Source: Thermoanaerobaculia bacterium
Lineage (GTDB): Bacteria > Acidobacteriota > Thermoanaerobaculia > Multivoradales > UBA5704
Direction of reading: 5' to 3'
Assembly: GCA_035940855.1 (NCBI GenBank)
Contig: DASZEM010000012.1
Coordinates: 130,791-194,790, forward strand
DNA length: 64,000 bases
Each line of letters starts with the position of its first letter. Position 1 is the first letter of the stretch. Made by a program: the position numbers and the translations under genes. This document shows positions 19,918-28,848 of the stretch, piece by piece. Below the pieces are notes generated by a model that worked only from the letters and a program-made list of their open reading frames with translations, had not been told where the DNA came from and searched no databases.

Positions 19918-20688
19918 TTACTTTCCTGCCTTTACAGTGGGGATTTCCTGGACGTACGGGCTCTGCGGGTACTCATTGATCAGGCGCTCGAACGCCTTCC
20001 GGGCCTCCTCCGGCTTGCGGCTCTGCTCGTAGGCCATCCCCAGGTGGTACATCACCTTGTCCCGTTCCTTGTACTGGGGATAGGCGTTGAGCAGGAACTC
20101 GAACCGCTCCGCCGCGGCGACGGGCACGCCATAGCGCAGGTAGAAGCGGCCGATCTGGAACTCGTGCTCGGCCAGGTTCGACTGCACGGCCTTCCTCTGC
20201 TCCTGGGCCTGCGCCGCGTACTCGCTCGTGGGGTAGAGGCGGATCAGCTCCTCGTAGGCCTCGAGCGCCTTGTGGGTCACGTTCTGGTCGCGGTCGGGCT
20301 TCTCCATCCGCTTGGCCAGGCTGTTGGCGATCTGGAACTGCACGTAGGCCGCCTGGTCGCTGGTGGGGAAGCGGTTGAGGAAGTCGCGGTACTTGGCCTC
20401 GGCCTGCACGAAGTTGGCCGTGCCGCCCGAGAGGTAGTAGGTGTCCGCGGCCAGGAGCAGGGCCTCGCGCCCGATGGCGGAGTTGGGCTCCACCTCGAAA
20501 GCGTGGGTGAAGTAGGGCCGGGCGCGGTCGTACTTCTCGCGGGCCAGGAGGTCCTTGCCCTGGGCGAGGGACTCCTCGGCCGAGAGCCTCAGGATAGGGT
20601 CGTCCGGCGCGCCGCTGCGGCAGCCGGCCCCCGCGAGAATCAGGACGGCCATGGCCGCCATCGCCGCCAGCAAAAGGGTTCGTTTCAT
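19918..20688 (-). CDS. bamD: Outer membrane protein assembly factor BamD (TPR lipoprotein).
   Basis: Lipobox AGAGC and TPR repeats. 'YVQFQIANSL...LIRLYPTSEYAAQA' is YfiO-like. Confidence 0.75.
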   Translation of the reverse strand: MKRTLLLAAMAAMAVLILAGAGCRSGAPDDPILRLSAEESLAQGKDLLAREKYDRARPYFTHAFEVEPNSAIGREALLLAADTYYLSGGTANFVQAEAKYRDFLNRFPTSDQAAYVQFQIANSLAKRMEKPDRDQNVTHKALEAYEELIRLYPTSEYAAQAQEQRKAVQSNLAEHEFQIGRFYLRYGVPVAAAERFEFLLNAYPQYKERDKVMYHLGMAYEQSRKPEEARKAFERLINEYPQSPYVQEIPTVKAGK

Positions 20689-21350
20689 ACCGTCTCCGGC
20701 CGAGCGCGCTCGCGCAACTCGGACATCATGGCCAGGGGATCGCCGGCCGCGAAGATCGCGGACCCCACCACGCAGACCTCCACCCCGGCGGACACCACGC
20801 GGCCAATGTTATCGCGGTCGATGCCGCCGTCCATTTCAATCTCGACGCGCGCGCCACTTATTTCGATCATCCGCTTCAAACGCCGGGTCTTTTCGAGCGC
20901 CTGGGGGAGGAAGGCCTGTCCGGAGAAGCCGGGGTTGACCGACATGATCAGGACGTAATCGAGCCGCGGCAGGACGTCCACGAGCAGCTCGACCGGCGTG
21001 GCGGGGTTCACCGCCACCCCGGCCTGGGCCCCCGCCTTGCGGATGCGCTCGAGCTGGCGGTCGAGGTGGGGGGTCGCCTCCCAGTGGAGCCCCACCCGGG
21101 CGGCTCCGGCCGCCAGATAGTCGTCGAGCAGCCGGTCGGGGTTGGCGACCATGAGATGGAGGTCGAGCGGCAGCCGGGTGCGGGTCCGCAGGGCCTTGAG
21201 GACCGGGATGCCGAAGGTGAGGTTGGGCACGAAGTGCCCGTCCATCACGTCCACGTGCACGAGGTCGGCGCCGCCCTTCTCGCAGAGCTCGAGCGCGCCG
21301 GCCAGGTCGGCCAGGTCGGCGGCGAGGATCGAGGGCGCGAGCCGCGTCAT
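20685..21350 (-). CDS. rpe: Ribulose-phosphate 3-epimerase.
   Basis: 'PSILAADLADL...DLVHVDVMDGHFVPNLTFG' is the Rpe signature. Confidence 0.9.
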   Translation of the reverse strand: MTRLAPSILAADLADLAGALELCEKGGADLVHVDVMDGHFVPNLTFGIPVLKALRTRTRLPLDLHLMVANPDRLLDDYLAAGAARVGLHWEATPHLDRQLERIRKAGAQAGVAVNPATPVELLVDVLPRLDYVLIMSVNPGFSGQAFLPQALEKTRRLKRMIEISGARVEIEMDGGIDRDNIGRVVSAGVEVCVVGSAIFAAGDPLAMMSELRERARPETV

Positions 21351-22102
21351 GGCAGCCCCAGGGCCGTGTCCGCCGTGGCCACCACGAGCGAGATCGAGTC
21401 GTCGCGGGTCACGGGATGGCCGGGGAGGGGGAACTGGCGCAGGATCACGCCCGCCGCCACTCCCTCGTAGCGCTCGAACTTGACGTTGCCGAACTTGAAG
21501 CCCAGTTGCTCGAAGTACGGCCGTACCTGATCGTAGTTGCGGTAGACGAGGTCGGGCATGACGTAGCGCTCTCCGGGCACGGGCATGGCCAGCAGGAGGT
21601 CCACCCCGCTGGCCGGCGGCACCGAGTCCCCTGGATCGGGGTCCTGCTGCAGCACGGAGCCCGGCGCCTCGCGGTTGGTGGCAAAGGCGCCCAGGAGCCG
21701 CCCGAGCCCGAGCCCGGCGCCCGAGATGGCTCCCTGGGCGGCCGGCAGGGGCTTGCCGAGGAGGTCCGGCACCTCGACCCGCCGAGGTCCCTTGGAGAGT
21801 ACGATGGTGACGGGCCGTCCCCGCTTGACCAGGGTCCGGGGATCAGGGTTCTGGCGGGCGATCTTGCCCGCCGGGATCTTGTCGTCGTACCGCCCTCCCC
21901 CCTGGGAGCTGCGCAGGGTCAGCCCCTGATCGCCCAGGACGGCCGCCGCGTCGGCGCGCGTCATTCCCACGACGGACGGCACGGTCGTCACGCCGCTCCT
22001 CACGAAGAGGCTGAACGAGGTGTAGGCCGTGAGGCCGAAGACGAGCACGATGAGGACGGCGTAGGCCAGAACGCCCAACCCGCGAAGGAGCCTCGACAGC
22101 AT
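21347..22102 (-). CDS. Membrane-anchored PASTA-domain protein.
   Basis: A TM helix, then PASTA-like repeats 'VPSVVGMTRADAAAVLGDQGL...' and 'VPDLLGKPLPAAQGAI'. The start is chosen at MLSRLL. Confidence 0.55.
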   Translation of the reverse strand: MLSRLLRGLGVLAYAVLIVLVFGLTAYTSFSLFVRSGVTTVPSVVGMTRADAAAVLGDQGLTLRSSQGGGRYDDKIPAGKIARQNPDPRTLVKRGRPVTIVLSKGPRRVEVPDLLGKPLPAAQGAISGAGLGLGRLLGAFATNREAPGSVLQQDPDPGDSVPPASGVDLLLAMPVPGERYVMPDLVYRNYDQVRPYFEQLGFKFGNVKFERYEGVAAGVILRQFPLPGHPVTRDDSISLVVATADTALGLP

Positions 22103-22142
22103 GGGGGGCAGTCTACCAAAGCCCAGCGCTAGAATGCCGCGC

Positions 22143-23066
22143 ATGCCGAAGCAGCTTCCTCCCCTGGGCACCCACGTCTCCGTGGCCGGCGGCATGGTCA
22201 CCTCGATCGAGCGCGCCACGGCCTTGGGCTGCACGGCCATCCAGGTGTTCGTCAAGAACGCCAGCCAGTGGCGGGGCCGGGAGGTGGGCGAGGAGGAGGC
22301 CGCCGCCTTCCGCGCCGCCCACGCCGCGAGCGCCGTCGGGCCGCTCGTGGCCCACGCGAGCTACCTGATCAACCTCTGCACCACGGATCCGGCCCTCCTC
22401 GACCGCTCGCGGGAGGCGCTGGCCGACGAGCTCGCCCGCTGCGCCCGGCTGGGGGTCGGCGGGCTGGTCCTCCACCCCGGGGCCCACCTTGGAGCGGGCG
22501 AAGAGGCGGGGATGGACTGCGTGGCGGCCTCGCTCGACGCGGTGCTCTCCGCCGTTCCCGACCGGCCGGAGGCGCCCGTGCGCGTGCTGCTCGAGAACAC
22601 GGCCGGCCAGGGCTCGTGCCTGGGGTACCGCCTGGAGCACCTGGAGGGCATCCGCCGGCGGGTCTCGGCGCCCCACCGCGTGGGGATCTGCCTCGACACC
22701 TGCCACGCCTTCGCCGCGGGCTACGCCATCCACGACCCCACGGGCTACGAGGACTTCATCGCCGAGGTCGAGGAGCGGATCGGCCTCGAAGCCCTGGGCT
22801 GCATGCACCTGAACGACTCCGTCCGCCCCTTCGGCTCGCGGCGCGACCGCCACGCCCACATCGGCGAGGGGGAGATCGGCCTCGCCGCCTTCGCCCGCTT
22901 CCTCCACGATCCCCGGCTCCAGGCCGTGCCCATGGTCGTCGAGACCGAGCCCGGCGACGAGATGGAGGGGCACCGGCGGGACCTGGAGACGCTGCGGGGC
23001 CTGAGGAAGCCCCGCTCCCGCGGTCACCGCGGGCCTAGTTCACCCAGCGGTCGATCAGCTTGTTGA
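22143..23066 (+). CDS. nfo: Endonuclease IV (apurinic/apyrimidinic endonuclease).
   Basis: 'LGTHVSVAGG...AIQVFVKNASQW' and the metal-binding His/Asp/Glu pattern. The start is ambiguous between 22134 and 22143. Confidence 0.85.
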   Translation: MPKQLPPLGTHVSVAGGMVTSIERATALGCTAIQVFVKNASQWRGREVGEEEAAAFRAAHAASAVGPLVAHASYLINLCTTDPALLDRSREALADELARCARLGVGGLVLHPGAHLGAGEEAGMDCVAASLDAVLSAVPDRPEAPVRVLLENTAGQGSCLGYRLEHLEGIRRRVSAPHRVGICLDTCHAFAAGYAIHDPTGYEDFIAEVEERIGLEALGCMHLNDSVRPFGSRRDRHAHIGEGEIGLAAFARFLHDPRLQAVPMVVETEPGDEMEGHRRDLETLRGLRKPRSRGHRGPSSPSGRSAC

Positions 23067-23556
23067 TGACGGTCTTGGGATAGCTGCGGGTCGGTGAAGG
23101 CAGGTCCTTGAGGAGCGCCTCCACCTGGGGCAGGGCGTCCCCGACCGATGCGACCGGGTTCGCCAGCCACTTCACGTCCTGGCGGCGGCCCACCACCACC
23201 AGGGCGGGGTCGGCGGGACGGCCCTCCTCGGCGGGGGCGACGCCGTAGGAGGCCGAGAAGTTGCGGTCGTCGTGGAGCAGGGGGAAGAGGAGCTTGCGCT
23301 CGATCTGGAGCTTCTTCAAGTCGTCCAGCTTGGCCGGCGAGACGGCCAGCACCCGCGTGCTCAGCTTGCGGAAGTCTTCGATCCGGCGGTTCAGAGCGTC
23401 GAGGTCGCGGTGCACGCGCTCGCTCGCCAGGTCGGCGAAGAAGTAGACCACCACCGCCGTGCGGACGACCTCGTCCTTCAGCATCAGGACGGCGTCCTCC
23501 GTCGAGCTCAGGTCGAAATTCGGGGCTACGTCACCGATCGAGACCGGTCCGGGCAT
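23035..23556 (-). CDS. AhpC/TSA (redoxin)-like thioredoxin-fold protein with no cysteine.
   Basis: 'GDVAPNFDL...VVVYFFADLASE' aligns with the peroxiredoxin N-terminus, but the peroxidatic Cys is absent. The whole protein has zero Cys. Confidence 0.5.
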   Translation of the reverse strand: MPGPVSIGDVAPNFDLSSTEDAVLMLKDEVVRTAVVVYFFADLASERVHRDLDALNRRIEDFRKLSTRVLAVSPAKLDDLKKLQIERKLLFPLLHDDRNFSASYGVAPAEEGRPADPALVVVGRRQDVKWLANPVASVGDALPQVEALLKDLPSPTRSYPKTVINKLIDRWVN

Positions 23557-23590
23557 CGCTCATCTCCTCCGATAGGGCTACTGTTCCGGG

Positions 23591-24919
23591 TCAGGAGCCG
23601 GGCAGCAGCGTCGCTGGCAGGTTTTTCACCAGGTCGAACCATATCACCACGAACATCAGGAGGAGGATCATGACGAAGCCGACCTGGCTGATGATCTCCT
23701 TCAGGCGCAGCGACAGGTCGCGCCGGATCACGCCCTCGACCATGAGGATAAAGATCTGGCCGCCGTCCAGGATGGGGATGGGCATCAGGTTCATGATGGC
23801 GATGCTGATGCTGATGAAGCCCATCAGGTGGAGCAGGTACTTGAAGCCGTTCCGGGCCGCCGCGCCGCTCTGGGCGGCGATCTCGATGGGCCCGGCGAGC
23901 GCCCCCTTGGGCGAGAGCTCGCGGGAGAAGATCTTGCCCAGGATCTTGAAGGTGTCGCGGACGGTCTGGATGTTGTAGCGGACGCTCTCGACGAAGGCCC
24001 GGGCCGGGCCGTAGCGCTGGTAGAAGCCGATCTGGACGCCGATCTTCCCCGAGCCGCCCTGGTCCCGGGGCGTCACGGCGAGGACGAGCGGCCGGCCGTC
24101 GCGCACCACCTGCACCTCGGTGCGCTGGCCGGGGCGCCTGGCGATGGCGTCCACGAAGGCCTGGCTGTCCATGACCGGCCGGCCGTCCACGGCCCGCACC
24201 TCGTCGCCCGGCCGGAAGCCGGCGGCCTCGGCGGGCTGGCCGGCGATCACCTGGATGATCTGCGGCCGCAGGCTGGGCAGCAGGCCGGCGAAGTCGCCCA
24301 TGTCGTACTTCGGCACGCGGCGCGGCGTCACGCTCGCCTGCAGGGTCTGGCCGTCGCGCCGCACGGTGAGCGGCACGGCCGTCTCCGGCGAGCCCATGAG
24401 GGCCAGGCCCACGTCCTGCCAGTCGTCGACCGGCTCGCCCTTGACGGCCAGGATCAGGTCGCCCCGCTTGAGGCCCGCCCGGGCGGCCGAGGAGCCCTCC
24501 TCGACGCCGCCGATCAGCGGCGGCGCGTCCGGCAGGTTCATCACCTCGATCCCCACCATGAACAGGGCGGCGAAGAGCACGATGGCGAGGATCACGTTCA
24601 TGGCCGGCCCGGCGAGATAGACCAGGATCCGCTGCCAGCGCGGCTTGTTGAGGAACTCCCGCGGGTCGTCCGAGACCTCGTCGGGGTTCTCGCCGCCCAG
24701 CCGGACGTAGCCGCCCAGGGGGATGGCCGAGAGCCGGTACTCGGTCTCGCCGCGGCGGATGCCCCAGATCCGCTTGCCGAAACCGACGGAGAACGTCAGG
24801 ACGCGGACACCGAAGGCCTTGGCCACCATCAGGTGCCCGGCCTCGTGGACGACGATGATCACGCCCAGAGCGAACGCGAACGCGAGGATGTTGGTGAGGA
24901 TGTCAGTCAGGTGTGTCAT
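23591..24919 (-). CDS. rseP: RIP metalloprotease RseP (site-2 protease, M50, with PDZ).
   Basis: HEAGH zinc motif, PDZ domains, and the C-terminal 'MNLMPIPILDGG'. Confidence 0.85.
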   Translation of the reverse strand: MTHLTDILTNILAFAFALGVIIVVHEAGHLMVAKAFGVRVLTFSVGFGKRIWGIRRGETEYRLSAIPLGGYVRLGGENPDEVSDDPREFLNKPRWQRILVYLAGPAMNVILAIVLFAALFMVGIEVMNLPDAPPLIGGVEEGSSAARAGLKRGDLILAVKGEPVDDWQDVGLALMGSPETAVPLTVRRDGQTLQASVTPRRVPKYDMGDFAGLLPSLRPQIIQVIAGQPAEAAGFRPGDEVRAVDGRPVMDSQAFVDAIARRPGQRTEVQVVRDGRPLVLAVTPRDQGGSGKIGVQIGFYQRYGPARAFVESVRYNIQTVRDTFKILGKIFSRELSPKGALAGPIEIAAQSGAAARNGFKYLLHLMGFISISIAIMNLMPIPILDGGQIFILMVEGVIRRDLSLRLKEIISQVGFVMILLLMFVVIWFDLVKNLPATLLPGS

Positions 24920-25024
24920 GTCGTTGCGCCCGAAACCGTCGGATCCATGGACGTAGCGGCCGATTATACCGAACGGAAGGAACGTTCCCGAGATTCCCGG
25001 GCCCTCCCCCGGGTCCTGAAAGGG

Positions 25025-25852
25025 TCAACCCGGCAGCACGTCCGCCTGGAGCAGCCAGAGCACGAACAGCAGGACGGGAGCGCCGAAGAGCAGGGCGTCC
25101 AGGCGGTCGAGGACGCCGCCGTGTCCGGGCAGGATGTGGCCCGAGTCCTTCACCCCGGAGCCGCGCTTGATCATCGACTCGACCAGGTCCCCGATCTGCG
25201 CCGCCACGGAGGTCACGCCCGAGGCCACCAGGATCCCGGGCTCCAGCCGGTGCAGCCGCAGCCAGCTCCAGACCACGGCCGCGATCATGGCGATGGCGAA
25301 GCTCGCGGCCGCCCCTTCCCAGCTCTTCTTGGGGCTGATCACGGGCGCCAGCCTGTGCCGGCCGATCCGGGAGCCCACGTAGAACGCGGCCGTGTCGCCC
25401 AGCCAGACGATGGCGAGCAGCAGGAAGACCACCCAGGGATCGATCTGCCGCAGTGTGTAGACGCTGGCGATGGGCAGGGCGAAGTAGGGGATGCCGAAGC
25501 CCAGGATGCCCAGGGCGGGGATCGTCTCCTCGAGCGGCGTGCGGCTGAACAGCAGCAGCGTGCCGAGACCGATCGAGATCACCAGCGCCCCGGCCAGGAT
25601 GTGGAGCCGCAGCACCAGGAGCGCCGTGTTGTCCGCCAGGGCGAAGCTGATGGCGTAGGCCGCGAGCGGCGCCAGCACCAGCAGCAACCGGAGCGGCGCT
25701 TGGGGCGCCCGCGGCCGCACGATCAGCAGGTATTCATAGGCCGCCCAGTCGATGACCAGGGCCATGAAGGCGAAGAACCACCAGCCCGGCAGCTTGAAGA
25801 CCGCGGCCAGGGCGATCGGGGTCGCGACGGCAGCCGTCAGGAGGCGTTGCAT
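25025..25852 (-). CDS. cdsA: Phosphatidate cytidylyltransferase.
   Basis: A multi-TM protein ending in the CdsA C-terminal signature 'SMIKRGSGVKDSGHILPGHGGVLDRLDALLF'. Confidence 0.85.
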   Translation of the reverse strand: MQRLLTAAVATPIALAAVFKLPGWWFFAFMALVIDWAAYEYLLIVRPRAPQAPLRLLLVLAPLAAYAISFALADNTALLVLRLHILAGALVISIGLGTLLLFSRTPLEETIPALGILGFGIPYFALPIASVYTLRQIDPWVVFLLLAIVWLGDTAAFYVGSRIGRHRLAPVISPKKSWEGAAASFAIAMIAAVVWSWLRLHRLEPGILVASGVTSVAAQIGDLVESMIKRGSGVKDSGHILPGHGGVLDRLDALLFGAPVLLFVLWLLQADVLPG

Positions 25853-25861
25853 GGAGCAGGA

Positions 25862-26671
25862 TCAGCCGGGTACCCGCTCCGAGGCGAAGACGTCCGCTCG
25901 GTCGGGCTGCTGGACGCCGCCGTAGCGGCGCTCCCGGCGCTGGTAGTCGAGGATGGCCTCGTAGAGCTCCCGCCGCCGGAAGTCGGGCCAGAAGGTGTTC
26001 GTCACCCAGATCTCGGAGTAGGCGATCTGCCAGAGGAGGAAGTTGGAGACGCGCAGCTCGCCCGAGGTGCGGATCATGAGATCGGGATCGGGCTGCCCCG
26101 AGGTGTACAGGTAGCGGCCGATCGTCTCCTCGTCGATGTCGGCCCGCTTGCCCGCCGCCCAGTCGGCCACGATGCTGCGGCAGGCGTCCACGATCTCGCA
26201 GCGGCCCGAGTAGTTGAGGGCGATGTTGAAGTTCATCCCCCGGCAGTGCCGGGTCGCCTCCAGCGTCGCCTCGAGCTCGCGGACCACCGAAGGGTCGAGC
26301 TCCCGCCAGCGGCCGAGCACGTTGAAGCGGATGTCGTTCTCGGCCAGGGCCTCCCGCTCCTTGCGGACGTACTCCTTGAGCAGGTTCATCAGGGTCCAGA
26401 CCTCGAAACGGGGGCGCTTCCAGTTCTCCACCGAGAAGGCGTAGAGCGTGAGCACCTCGAGCCCCAGCCGCCTCGACGTCTCCACCGTCTCGCGCACCGA
26501 GGCCACGCCGGCCCGGTGGCCCTCCACCCGGGGCAGCCCGCGCTCCTTGGCCCAGCGGCCGTTGCCGTCCATGATGATGGCCACGTGCCGCGGCAGCCGG
26601 TCCATGTCGATCCGGCGAACCAGAAGCTCTTCGGGGGATCCCGGGTCGGCGAGTTTGGACAAATCTGCCAT
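25862..26671 (-). CDS. uppS: Isoprenyl transferase (undecaprenyl diphosphate synthase).
   Basis: 'HVAIIMDGNGRWA' and 'RTSGELRVSNFLLWQIAYSE' are UPP synthase motifs. Confidence 0.9.
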   Translation of the reverse strand: MADLSKLADPGSPEELLVRRIDMDRLPRHVAIIMDGNGRWAKERGLPRVEGHRAGVASVRETVETSRRLGLEVLTLYAFSVENWKRPRFEVWTLMNLLKEYVRKEREALAENDIRFNVLGRWRELDPSVVRELEATLEATRHCRGMNFNIALNYSGRCEIVDACRSIVADWAAGKRADIDEETIGRYLYTSGQPDPDLMIRTSGELRVSNFLLWQIAYSEIWVTNTFWPDFRRRELYEAILDYQRRERRYGGVQQPDRADVFASERVPG

Positions 26672-26691
26672 GGTTCGAGGTCCTTAAAGTA

Positions 26692-27468
26692 TCACACAGG
26701 CGATTCCGGATCGCCTTCGGCTCTCCATTCAGGGGGATAGAGGACCCGCTCCAGCACCAGCCCGTGGGCGGGCGCCGTGGGACCGGCCTCGGACCGGGGC
26801 CGCCCCGCGAGCAGCGCGGCGAAGCTCTCGGGCGACCTCTTCCCGGTTCCGACTTCGACCAGGGTTCCGACCAAAGCACGAACCATGCCGCGAAGGAAGC
26901 CCTCCCCGACCACCCGGAAGCGCAGCTCCTCCCCCTCCTCCTCCCAATGGGCGGAGAAGATACGCCGGAACGGCTGCCGGTGCGAGCCCCCCGCGAGCGC
27001 GAACGCCGAAAAGTCGTGCCGGCCGGCCAGACGGGCCGCCGCCCGGGCCATCCGGCCGAGGTCCAGGGCCGCCGAGGCCGGGGCCACGAACAGGGAGTCC
27101 AGGGGCGAGAGGACCGGCGCGCGGCTCAGCCGGTAGACGTACTCCTTGCCCCAGGCGTGCTTGCGCGCGTGGAATCCCGCGGGCATGGCGGCGGCGGCCA
27201 GCACCCGCACGTCCTCCGGCAAGTGGTGGTTGGCGCCGTGCGCGAGCCCCCGCTCGGGAAACGGCCGCGGCAGCTCCAGGTGGGCCGCCTGGCCGCGGGC
27301 GTGGACTCCGGCGTCCGTGCGGCTCGCGCCCACGATCCGCACCGGCTCGCCCAACAGCCGCTCCAGGGCCTCCTCGACGACTTGCTGGACGGTGAGCGCG
27401 TTCTCCTGCCGTTGCCACCCGGCATAGGCCGTGCCCCGGTAGGAGAGGAGGAGGCGGTAGGTGGGCAT
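26692..27468 (-). CDS. truA: tRNA pseudouridine(38-40) synthase.
   Basis: 'YRGTAYAGWQRQ' and 'GASRTDAGVHARGQ' contain the catalytic Asp motif. Confidence 0.9.
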   Translation of the reverse strand: MPTYRLLLSYRGTAYAGWQRQENALTVQQVVEEALERLLGEPVRIVGASRTDAGVHARGQAAHLELPRPFPERGLAHGANHHLPEDVRVLAAAAMPAGFHARKHAWGKEYVYRLSRAPVLSPLDSLFVAPASAALDLGRMARAAARLAGRHDFSAFALAGGSHRQPFRRIFSAHWEEEGEELRFRVVGEGFLRGMVRALVGTLVEVGTGKRSPESFAALLAGRPRSEAGPTAPAHGLVLERVLYPPEWRAEGDPESPV

Positions 27469-28848
27469 TCAGGAGGTCCTGGAAAGGAAGAGCAGCACCC
27501 CGAACGGCCCCCAGATCGCCAGATACACCCACGGCATCAGCGCCACCCCCATGAACTGCGGGACATAGGAGAGCAGGAGGAGGGCCGACAGCGCCAGCCA
27601 CGCCGCGTCCCGGCGCAGGGCGGCCCAGGGAAGCACCCAGAGGAGATACCAGGGGTAGACCGTGGCCGAGAGCAGGAGCAGCCGGCCGAAGAGGCGCCCC
27701 GTGCCCGCCACCGGGTCGCGCTCCCGGAGCGAGAGGAGGACGGCGAAGCCCATCCCCGCCGCGAGCGCCAGCTTGGCCAGGAACTGGGGATAGAGATAGG
27801 GGTAAACCGGGTTCCAGGCCTCCCACATCTCCGTCCACTCCTTCAGGCGGTCGAGCCCCCGGGCGAGGGCCGGCGCGGTGCCCGCGGCGTCGAGCAGCCG
27901 CCACAGCGGCTCGTAGAGGGGGCCGTTGAACTCCCAGGAGACGCCGTAGACCACCAGGCCCGGCGGCACGCCGCCCGTGGCCGCCAGCACGGGCAGGCCG
28001 GCGAGGGCCACCAGGCCGCCGGCCATCCCCAGGAACCGCCAGGGCCGGCCGCTCCGGCGTGCCCACAGGGGAAGGGCCGCGAGCGGCACGAGCTTGGCCA
28101 GGACGCCCGCGGCGGCCGCCGAGGCCGCGGCTCCCAGCCTGTGAGACCGTGGGAGGAGCCAGAGCACGGCCCCCACCATCGCGGCCACGCCGAGCGCGTC
28201 CACGTGCCCCATGCCCGCCACCTCCAGCGCCACCAGGGGGTTCCAGGCATACCAGGCGGTCCGCCCTTCCGGCAGGCCCAGGCCGCGCGCCACGCCGAGC
28301 AGGAGCCAGCAGGCGAGGAGGTCCGCCCCGGTCGCCACGAGCTTCCAGGCGAGCCGTGGAAACGGAGCCCGACTCGCTATACTGAACGCCGCGACGGCGA
28401 GGGGCGGGTAGACCGTGGGAACCTCCTTGTGAGGCAGGCGGCGCCAGATCCCGTCGCGAAGGGGAGCGAGCTCCTCGGCTTCCGGCGCCAGGGCATAGGG
28501 GTTGCGGCCGGCCGCCGCCACCTTGCCATCCCAGAGGTAGCGCAGCAGGTCGTCGGACAGCGTGGGTGGAAGCGGCAGCAGGGGGAGCCGCAGCAGCAGC
28601 GCTCCCAGGAGGACCGCTGGGCCCACGGGCCGGCGCGAGGCTTCGAGCCGCCGCGCGGCGAAGAGGAGCGCGAGGAACGCGGCCGCCAGGAGAGCCAGGG
28701 TCGAGACCAGGTGATGAGCGAGATCGAAGACCAGCAGCAGACCGCAACTCGCCGCCACGAGCGGCAGGGACCAGACGGCCGGACGCAACGGGCCGCGCCC
28801 GAACGCCGATGACGAGCTTTCCGTGGGCGCCGGCCCTCCTGCTGGCAA
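27469..28848 (-). CDS. DUF2029 / GT87-like polytopic membrane glycosyltransferase.
   Basis: A multi-TM protein with 'TVYPPLAVAAF' and 'YPWYLLWVLPW' motifs typical of DUF2029 mannosyltransferase-like proteins. Confidence 0.7.
   Translation of the reverse strand: MPAGGPAPTESSSSAFGRGPLRPAVWSLPLVAASCGLLLVFDLAHHLVSTLALLAAAFLALLFAARRLEASRRPVGPAVLLGALLLRLPLLPLPPTLSDDLLRYLWDGKVAAAGRNPYALAPEAEELAPLRDGIWRRLPHKEVPTVYPPLAVAAFSIASRAPFPRLAWKLVATGADLLACWLLLGVARGLGLPEGRTAWYAWNPLVALEVAGMGHVDALGVAAMVGAVLWLLPRSHRLGAAASAAAAGVLAKLVPLAALPLWARRSGRPWRFLGMAGGLVALAGLPVLAATGGVPPGLVVYGVSWEFNGPLYEPLWRLLDAAGTAPALARGLDRLKEWTEMWEAWNPVYPYLYPQFLAKLALAAGMGFAVLLSLRERDPVAGTGRLFGRLLLLSATVYPWYLLWVLPWAALRRDAAWLALSALLLLSYVPQFMGVALMPWVYLAIWGPFGVLLFLSRTS

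Noticed and set aside
26729-28812. A 672-aa minus-strand and a 682-aa plus-strand ORF.
   Set aside because: Low-complexity Arg/Gly/Pro translations overlapping truA and the DUF2029 glycosyltransferase in wrong frames.
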